This document shows, one piece after another, positions 57,675-64,000 of a stretch of 64,000 bases of DNA. Each line of letters starts with the position of its first letter. Position 1 is the first letter of the stretch. A program made the translations under genes and the position numbers. The DNA is taken from the NCBI GenBank assembly GCA_049570475.1, contig CP186953.1, positions 992,001-1,056,000 of the forward strand, in the 5' to 3' direction. The notes under the pieces were generated by a model. The model was given only the letters and a program-made list of their open reading frames with translations. It did no database searches and had not been told where the DNA came from. This stretch comes from Candidatus Methanosuratincola verstraetei. Lineage in GTDB: Archaea > Thermoproteota > Methanomethylicia > Methanomethylicales > Methanomethylicaceae.

Positions 57675-59555
57675 TTGCCGGAAATTAGTGCGCATGAATC
57701 GATAAGGAAGATGTACGAGAAGCTCAAGGCAGACGGGATCTCGAACGTATGGGATCGATGGCAGGCGCAGGAGCAGGTCCGGTGCAGATCCTTCTGCATG
57801 AAGGGTCTCAGCTGCCAGTTCTGCAGCAACGGTCCTTGCAGGATCATACCTGGCAAGCTCGAGCGCGGTACCTGCGGCATAGATGCCGATGCCATGGCAA
57901 TGCGCTATATGCTCCTCAGGAATGCTATGGGGCTCTCGACCTACACCTACCATGCAAGGGAGGTCGCGAGGACGCTAATCGCCACTGGCTTGGGAAAGAC
58001 CCCTTACTCCATAAAGGACGCATCCAAGCTAAGGATGCTGGCCAGGATATACGGAATAGCCGATTCAAAGAGCGACTCGCAGCTTGCAGTTGAAGTTGGA
58101 AATGCGATCCTCCGGGAGATAAACGCCGACCCCTCAGAGCGGCTGAGCACCCTCGCCCTCGCCACAGCGGGCAGGATCGAGACCTGGAGGGGGCTTGGGA
58201 TACTGCCTGGGGGTCCTGCGAATGAGCAGATTGACGCCGTGTCGCACTGCCTGACGAACGTGGACGGCGACTACGTCTCCCTCGCTAAGACGGCGATGCG
58301 CCTTGCCCTCTCATGCATCTATGGATCTCAGATCCCGCTCGAGCTCGGTCAGGACGCTCTCTTCGGGACGCCCCGCCCGCATGTCGTCTCTTTTGACCTT
58401 GGGATCCTGGATCCGGAGTACGTCAACATCGTGGTTAACGGTCATGAGCCGTTCTTTGGGGTCGCGCTGATAGGCCGCTGCAAGGATCCGTCCGTCCAGG
58501 CAATGGCAAGAGAGATCGGCGCCAAGGGCATACGCGTGATAGGATCCATCGAAACCGGGCAGGAGATGCTCCAGCGGATGGCAACGGACGACGTTTATGT
58601 TGGGATGACTGGTAACTGGATCACTATAGAGCCTCTGGTAGCAACTAACGCGGTAGACCTGTTTGCCATGGACATGAATTGCTCGCCCCCATCCCTCGAG
58701 CTCTACGCGAAGCAGTATTCGACCACCTTCGTCTCGGTCTCTCCGCTCGTGAACGTCCCAGGCATAACAAGGCATGTCGACTACCTGCCCGAGGAGGTCT
58801 CAAGGCAGGCTGACGAGCTCGTAAGGCTAGCCATTGAGAACTTCAAAAAGAGGAAAGGCTCAGCCAGCAGCGTCCCTATGGCGAAGCGGAGCGCGATTGT
58901 GGGCTTCTCGGTCGAATCGATACTCGAGGCGCTTGGGGGGTCGCTGGAGCCACTCCTCGCCGAGATAAAATCAGGAAGCGTGAGGGGTGTCGTCGGTCTA
59001 GTCTCCTGCACGACGCTCGGCAACGGCCCGCACGATCTGCCTACGATCACTGTGGCCAAGGAGCTGATAGGCCGGGACGTCCTGGTCCTCTCAATGGGAT
59101 GCGGGAATGCCGCGCTGCAGGTGGCCGGCCTCTGCTCGCCTGAGGCAAGGGAACTTGCCGGACCAGGCTTGAAGAGGGTCTGCGGATCGCTCGGCATACC
59201 GCCGGTCCTCTCGTTCGGGACCTGCACTGATACGGGGCGCCTTTCAATACTCGTCTCCGAGGTCGCAAAGGCGCTCCATGTCGACATCCCCGATCTCCCA
59301 ATCGCGGTCACTGCCCCTCAGTACATGGAACAGAAGGCTACGATCGACGCAATCTTTGCGCTTGCCTTGGGCGTGCTTACCCACGTATCCCCAACCCCGC
59401 CTATTGTCGGGGGCTCCAGGTTGATGAAGCTGCTATCGCAGGACCTTGCACACGTCACAGGCGGGTCCCTCCTCATCGAGGATGACATGGTTAAGGCGGC
59501 TGAGAAGATAGCAATCCACATAGAGGGAAAGCGGTCGGCGTTGGGTCTCAGCTGA
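57675..59555 (+). CDS. cooS: CooS/Ni-CODH-family protein with a non-canonical active site
   Basis: CQFCSNGPC...TCG B-cluster motif; NGH, DMNC, SCTT, MGC, GTCTD and EQKA C-cluster region. Confidence 0.88.
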   Translation: MPEISAHESIRKMYEKLKADGISNVWDRWQAQEQVRCRSFCMKGLSCQFCSNGPCRIIPGKLERGTCGIDADAMAMRYMLLRNAMGLSTYTYHAREVARTLIATGLGKTPYSIKDASKLRMLARIYGIADSKSDSQLAVEVGNAILREINADPSERLSTLALATAGRIETWRGLGILPGGPANEQIDAVSHCLTNVDGDYVSLAKTAMRLALSCIYGSQIPLELGQDALFGTPRPHVVSFDLGILDPEYVNIVVNGHEPFFGVALIGRCKDPSVQAMAREIGAKGIRVIGSIETGQEMLQRMATDDVYVGMTGNWITIEPLVATNAVDLFAMDMNCSPPSLELYAKQYSTTFVSVSPLVNVPGITRHVDYLPEEVSRQADELVRLAIENFKKRKGSASSVPMAKRSAIVGFSVESILEALGGSLEPLLAEIKSGSVRGVVGLVSCTTLGNGPHDLPTITVAKELIGRDVLVLSMGCGNAALQVAGLCSPEARELAGPGLKRVCGSLGIPPVLSFGTCTDTGRLSILVSEVAKALHVDIPDLPIAVTAPQYMEQKATIDAIFALALGVLTHVSPTPPIVGGSRLMKLLSQDLAHVTGGSLLIEDDMVKAAEKIAIHIEGKRSALGLS

Positions 59556-59653
59556 CACAGTCCGGATCGACCTCTTGAAGGTGCAGACAGGCTCCGCCCG
59601 CCTTTGGTGGCGGGAATGCAAATTCTTTTATCTATTCGCGGGATAGGTGACTC

Positions 59654-60655
59654 ATGGAACCTAAAGAAGCAGCAAAGAACGCAATCAAGTTTGTCTTTGA
59701 TGCGATCCCAAATGAGCGCCTGACAGTGATCTGCGACGACTGCAGGCTAGACATAGGGGAGTCCTTTGCGCTTGGGGCACTCGAGCTCGGGCTCGCCACC
59801 AGGCTCATCCCCCTCGAAACCGGAGGGGATGTTAGAAGCGGGCTGCCTGAGCGCGTCTCCGAGGTCGTCGCCAGGAATGCCTCTGACATCTTCATCACAG
59901 TCTTCAGGGAGAGCGAGAAAGAGACCCCTTTCCGCGTCAGCATAATTGACCTGATATCGAGGTACAGGAAGTTCCGGCTGGGTCATTGCCCGGGGATAAC
60001 CATGGATATGCTGACCGATGGCGCCCTCTCGCTGACAGATGAGGAGCACAGGTCGATGTACTCGTCAGCCCTTGGTCTGATCTCGCGGTTAATGGACGTG
60101 AGGAGGATCAGGGTGACCAGCCCAAACGGGACCGACATCTCCTTCAGCGTCGAGGGGAGGGATTTCTTCACCGACACAAAGTTCGACTGGGGGCTCTTCA
60201 AATGGTGCAACCTCCCGACAGGGGAGGTCATTGTAGCCCCGGTTGAGACTTCCCTTGAGGGGAAGATCGTCTGCGACCTTGCAATCGGAGGCATCGGACC
60301 AATTCAGACGCCATTTGAGATAGTTGCTAGGGGCGGGCGGGCTGCAGAGTTCAGGTGTGATGACAGGGAAATATTATCGAGGGTCGAGACCGCACTGGGA
60401 GTCGACGAGATGGCTAGGTATGTCGGGGAGTTCGCATTTGGCCTCAACAAGAAGGCGAGGGTCAACGCCGGTTTCCTCGAGGCCGAGAAGGTCGCGAATA
60501 CAATCCATGTGGCATTCGGGCACAACACAGACTTCCCAGGCGGCAGGAACAGATCCGCAACGCACATGGACTTCCTGATCTCCAGGCCCACCGTGGAGTG
60601 CACGTACTCCTCAGGGATCACCGAGGCGGTAATGCGCGACGGCAGGATACTCTAA
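59654..60655 (+). CDS. M29-family (aminopeptidase T/AmpS-like) metallopeptidase
   Basis: NLPTGEV..AP, GEFAFGLN, EAEK...TIHVAFG and HMD motifs. Confidence 0.85.
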   Translation: MEPKEAAKNAIKFVFDAIPNERLTVICDDCRLDIGESFALGALELGLATRLIPLETGGDVRSGLPERVSEVVARNASDIFITVFRESEKETPFRVSIIDLISRYRKFRLGHCPGITMDMLTDGALSLTDEEHRSMYSSALGLISRLMDVRRIRVTSPNGTDISFSVEGRDFFTDTKFDWGLFKWCNLPTGEVIVAPVETSLEGKIVCDLAIGGIGPIQTPFEIVARGGRAAEFRCDDREILSRVETALGVDEMARYVGEFAFGLNKKARVNAGFLEAEKVANTIHVAFGHNTDFPGGRNRSATHMDFLISRPTVECTYSSGITEAVMRDGRIL

Positions 60656-61572
60656 CCCTTGCATAGCTCAAGGATCATCTCCCACTCCTCGTCGATCCTT
60701 TTCTTCATTGCCTCAATCTTGGAAGGATCCGCTTCGGAGAACCTCCCCTGAATTCTGAGATACTCCTCGAGCGGGCGCCTCCTTGACCTATCTGCTAGCC
60801 CTGAAGATGGCCCTGTGAGCCTGCACCTCCCGCCGGTCCACTCGTAAAGTATCCAGGCCCCGGTCTCGACCGCGAGCCTCCCGACTTCGACCGTCTTCTC
60901 GGACGGGTACCTCCAGCCAGGCGGGCATGGGGAAAGCAGATGGATGTACCTCGTCCCCTTAATCGAGACTGCCCTCCTGAGCTTGTTCGCGAAGTCGAGC
61001 GGGTAGGATGCGCACGCGGTCGCTACGTAGGGGATCCTGTGTGCCATCATTATCCCTGGGACATCCTTCTTCCGCTCAGCCTTCCCTGTTATTGTGGTGG
61101 TAGTCCTCGCTCCTTCGGACGTGCTGCTGCTCCTCTGTGTACCTGTGTTCATGTACGCCTCGTTGTCGTAGCAGATATAGATCAGATCGTCTCCCCTCTC
61201 CGCTGCCCCGCTCAGCGACTGAATGCCTATGTCAGCCGTGCCGCCGTCACCTGCCCAGCAGACGACATACACATCAGTGATCCCCTTCATCTCCAGCGCT
61301 GCCCTTATCCCGGATGCCGTGGCGGCTGAGGCAGCAAATGCGGTGTTGAAGACTGGGACCTTAGACGGCGTCTTGGGGTAGTGCCCCTGCGCCACCGACA
61401 TGCAGCAGGCCGGGACAATTAGGACCGTTCTAGGCCCGAGCGCCTTTAGCCCTATCCTCATTGCCATGACTGCCGCGCAACCGGGGCATGCCGCATTCCC
61501 GGGGAGAAGATATTCCTCGTCTGTCAGGTTCTTTAAAGTGAAAGTTTCCGTTATCCCTTGATGCCCCACCAT
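60652..61572 (-). CDS. porB: 2-oxoacid:ferredoxin oxidoreductase beta subunit (TPP-binding)
   Basis: ACPGC, GDGGTADIG, YDNEAYMNTG and SPCPPGW motifs. Confidence 0.9.
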   Translation of the reverse strand: MVGHQGITETFTLKNLTDEEYLLPGNAACPGCAAVMAMRIGLKALGPRTVLIVPACCMSVAQGHYPKTPSKVPVFNTAFAASAATASGIRAALEMKGITDVYVVCWAGDGGTADIGIQSLSGAAERGDDLIYICYDNEAYMNTGTQRSSSTSEGARTTTTITGKAERKKDVPGIMMAHRIPYVATACASYPLDFANKLRRAVSIKGTRYIHLLSPCPPGWRYPSEKTVEVGRLAVETGAWILYEWTGGRCRLTGPSSGLADRSRRRPLEEYLRIQGRFSEADPSKIEAMKKRIDEEWEMILELCKG

Positions 61573-62702
61573 ATTTCCCTCCCCTCCTCGCCCGCTTCTG
61601 CCCTGCTAATCGCATCCTTGGCGATCCCAGAAAAGTCCGCCACGCTAAGGTCGCGACCCCCGATCCCAGCTATGTAATTGAAAGGCTTTGCCCCAATTGC
61701 CGAAGCCACCTCTTGTCCGATTATGCCGCCGGAACCGAAGGAGTAATCCCTGTCGACCACGGCGACCGCCCTGCATCCCTGCACTGCTGCCCTGATCTTC
61801 TCAGCGGGGAACGGCCTGAGGACCCTAAGCCTCGCAACTCCGGCCCTGATCCCCTCGTCCCTAAGGGCGTCCGCCGCGTCCTTCGCATCCCCAGAGGACG
61901 CGCCGACCACCACCAGTATGACCTCCGCGCCTGAAGTCCTGTATTCCTCCACCAATCCCGCCTGCCCCCTGCCCGAGATCCTGCTGAACTCGGAGGCCGC
62001 CTCCTCGATCACTCTGGCACTATCCTTCACCCTCTCCATTATCGAATGCCTGATCTCCATCATCCTCTCTGGTCCTGCCATGTTCCCGTATGTGGTCGGG
62101 TCTTGGAAGTCTATTACCTTCCACCCCCCTTCAGGTGCCGGAAGAAAGGCATCAGCCTCCTCCTGCCCAATCAGCTCCAGCCTCTCCGAAGTGTGCGAGA
62201 GTGAGAACGCATCGAGACCGAACATGACTGGCTGCCTCACCCTCCTGTCCTCGGCAATCCTGAAAGCCTGTATAGATGAATCGTAAGCCTCCTGCACGCT
62301 CTCGCACATTATGACTATCCATCCCGCGTCCCGCTGGGTTAGCATGTCCGTGTGCTCATTCCAAATGCTCCAAGGGGGGGCAAGTGCCCTAGTCACCACT
62401 GCCATCACCACCGGGAAGCTCCCGAGTCCTGCCCAGAATACCATCTCGCTCATGTACAACAGCCCTTGCGAGGACGTGGCAGTGAAGGCTCTCGCGCCGC
62501 AGGCTGATGCGCCAATGCAGGCTGCCATCGCGCTGTGCTCCGACTCCACCCGCAGAAACTTTGCGCGCATTTCCCCCTTCTCGATGAATTCGGAGAGCTT
62601 TTCGATGATCTGCGTCTGGGGGGTTATCGGGTAGGCTGCTATCACCTCTGCCCTCGCCGCCTTCACGCCGTACGCAACAGCGTGGTTTCCGGTCGCTATC
62701 AA
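61551..62702 (-). CDS. porA: 2-oxoacid:ferredoxin oxidoreductase alpha subunit
   Basis: AYPITPQT, VESEHSAM, TATSSQGL and RPFP motifs. Confidence 0.9.
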   Translation of the reverse strand: MIATGNHAVAYGVKAARAEVIAAYPITPQTQIIEKLSEFIEKGEMRAKFLRVESEHSAMAACIGASACGARAFTATSSQGLLYMSEMVFWAGLGSFPVVMAVVTRALAPPWSIWNEHTDMLTQRDAGWIVIMCESVQEAYDSSIQAFRIAEDRRVRQPVMFGLDAFSLSHTSERLELIGQEEADAFLPAPEGGWKVIDFQDPTTYGNMAGPERMMEIRHSIMERVKDSARVIEEAASEFSRISGRGQAGLVEEYRTSGAEVILVVVGASSGDAKDAADALRDEGIRAGVARLRVLRPFPAEKIRAAVQGCRAVAVVDRDYSFGSGGIIGQEVASAIGAKPFNYIAGIGGRDLSVADFSGIAKDAISRAEAGEEGREIWWGIKG

Positions 62703-62706
62703 ACGA

Positions 62707-62958
62707 CTAAACCTCCCTTACCATTTTTATGGCATGGGTAGCGCAGACCTCGGCGCATATGCCGCAGCCCTTGCAGAATTCGTACACTATCCAGACCTCT
62801 CCTTTGCTACCCCTCCTTACTACGCCCTCAGGGCAGAATAGCCAGCATAGGTGGCACTTCGTGCACTTGCTGCTGTCCACCACAGGCCTCTTGATCCTCC
62901 ACATCCCTGTAAGCCCGCCTGCCCCCTCCCTTCCTCTCGAGACAGGCAAAACTACCAA
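62707..62958 (-). CDS. porD: 2-oxoacid:ferredoxin oxidoreductase delta subunit
   Basis: TG.WR..RP; CTKCHLCWLFCP and CKGCGICAEVC. Confidence 0.9.
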   Translation of the reverse strand: MVVLPVSRGREGAGGLTGMWRIKRPVVDSSKCTKCHLCWLFCPEGVVRRGSKGEVWIVYEFCKGCGICAEVCATHAIKMVREV

Positions 62959-63497
62959 GCTTTCACCCCCTCATAACCCGACGCGGCTGCCCTGCGGTTC
63001 CTGTCTGCCACCTCCCCCTTCCACCTGGAGTTGATCACCTTGAGTACCGTCTCCTTGCTTATTACGCCGGTCACCTTCGAGACCGCCCCGAAGATCACGG
63101 TGCTCAATATCGCCCAGCCTGCGCTCACCAATCCATTCCCAACCGCAATCCCCGTGGCGTCTATAAGTGCGACCCTGAATCCCTCCAGCTGCGGCTCCTG
63201 CTTGTGGTTCACCACCAGTATTGCCCCCTCGGGAGCGCCATCAAAGACATCCTTCATGTAGAGGAGGAGGGGATCGCATACTGCAACGATTTGCGGTCTC
63301 CGGACCTGTGAATGCCGCCTGATTGGCGATTCAGAGATCCTTGTGGAGGCGCTTACCGGGGCCCCCCTCCTCTCCGCACCAAAGAGGGGTATTGACTGCG
63401 CGTAGAATCCTTCGACGATGGCAGCCTCAGCGATCATCTCGGCGGCGGTAACTATCCCCTGGCCGCCCCTCCCGTGGAATCTTATCTCAAGGAACAA
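62952..63497 (-). CDS. porG: 2-oxoacid:ferredoxin oxidoreductase gamma subunit
   Basis: EIRFHGRGGQG and FGAERRGAPV motifs. Confidence 0.9.
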   Translation of the reverse strand: MFLEIRFHGRGGQGIVTAAEMIAEAAIVEGFYAQSIPLFGAERRGAPVSASTRISESPIRRHSQVRRPQIVAVCDPLLLYMKDVFDGAPEGAILVVNHKQEPQLEGFRVALIDATGIAVGNGLVSAGWAILSTVIFGAVSKVTGVISKETVLKVINSRWKGEVADRNRRAAASGYEGVKAW

Positions 63498-63628
63498 GGG
63501 GACCGCCTATATTTACATTTGTAAAGTACATGTAAAAAATCTTTTGCAAGGAGAGCTGGATGAGAGCTGCCGGCAACAGGCAAACTTTAAAAAGATCGTG
63601 CTCCGCAAGTCTGAAGGGGGCTCGAGGT

Positions 63629-63744
63629 GGCCCGGGTTAGGCAGCCAATTCAGGCTGCCCCCGAAGGGTAGCGGTTATCCCGGAGGCCTGTGGCGCGCAA
63701 GCGCAGAGAGCCTCAGTTCGCGGGTTCGATCCCCGCCCCGGGCC
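63629..63744 (+). tRNA. tRNA-His(GTG) with encoded G-1 and two introns (63639-63665 and 63694-63708)
   Basis: G-1 + GCCCGGG/CCCGGGC-C73; GAGGC-CT-GTG-G...A-GCCTC; both inserts form BHB motifs. Confidence 0.88.
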
Positions 63745-63758
63745 CTCAATATTTCTTT

Positions 63759-64000
63759 CTAGATCCTCACGAGCCTATACTTGCACGATCCCATGCCCAG
63801 GCGTTCCGCTTCCTTGATGTGTATCCAGCTGTCAGTCCTGTTTATCTTCCCCAGGATGTCCGGAGGCGAGACCCCCCAAGAGGGGAACGCCTCAGCAGAG
63901 TCGATCAGATGGATCGCTGCTGCATCTACAGCCACGGGATCCCTTGAGGCGAGTATCCCGACGTTCTGCACCACTATGCTGCCTGCCGGGGCTGCGCAGT
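63759..64000 (-). CDS. C-terminal part of a DUF362-family Fe-S protein (runs off the right edge)
   Basis: ...DCAAPAGSIVVQNVGILASRDPVAVDAA...AERLGMGS..Y.L. Confidence 0.7.
   Translation of the reverse strand, partial: CAAPAGSIVVQNVGILASRDPVAVDAAAIHLIDSAEAFPSWGVSPPDILGKINRTDSWIHIKEAERLGMGSCKYRLVRI

Overview
This is a gene-dense, GC-rich archaeal chromosomal segment. Proteasome beta subunits, aCPSF1, LSm-L37e, EgsA, Dph5, TYW1 and BHB-intron tRNAs mark it as archaeal. The combination of a CdvB/ESCRT-III gene, SepRS, HypCD, a CooS-family protein and PAS histidine kinases points to an anaerobic Thermoproteota (TACK) member, by inference most like Ca. Methanomethylicia/Verstraetearchaeota. Most of the window is housekeeping (about 70 CDS, 7 tRNA genes, 4 with introns). 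I saw no CRISPR array, rRNA or prophage. The best leads are: (1) an arrestin/Spo0M-fold + YdjG-like Zn-ribbon fusion next to a helical protein and an SPFH protein with three Zn ribbons, about 5 kb from an ESCRT-III gene, which is a candidate archaeal Psp-like membrane-stress/remodelling module; (2) an unannotated, highly foldable ~210-nt element between tRNA-Glu and cooS; (3) a tRNA-His with two introns, one in a perfect BHB at the unusual 8/9-9/10 junction; (4) an apparently circularly permuted MscL; (5) a Cys-motif-rich ABC/FtsX membrane module; (6) a CooS lacking canonical catalytic residues; (7) an in-frame TAG in a MASE3 kinase and a disrupted start in ribL; (8) a miniature IS605/tnpB derivative plus solo IS-end hairpins. 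All family assignments come from motif recognition by eye, without database searches.
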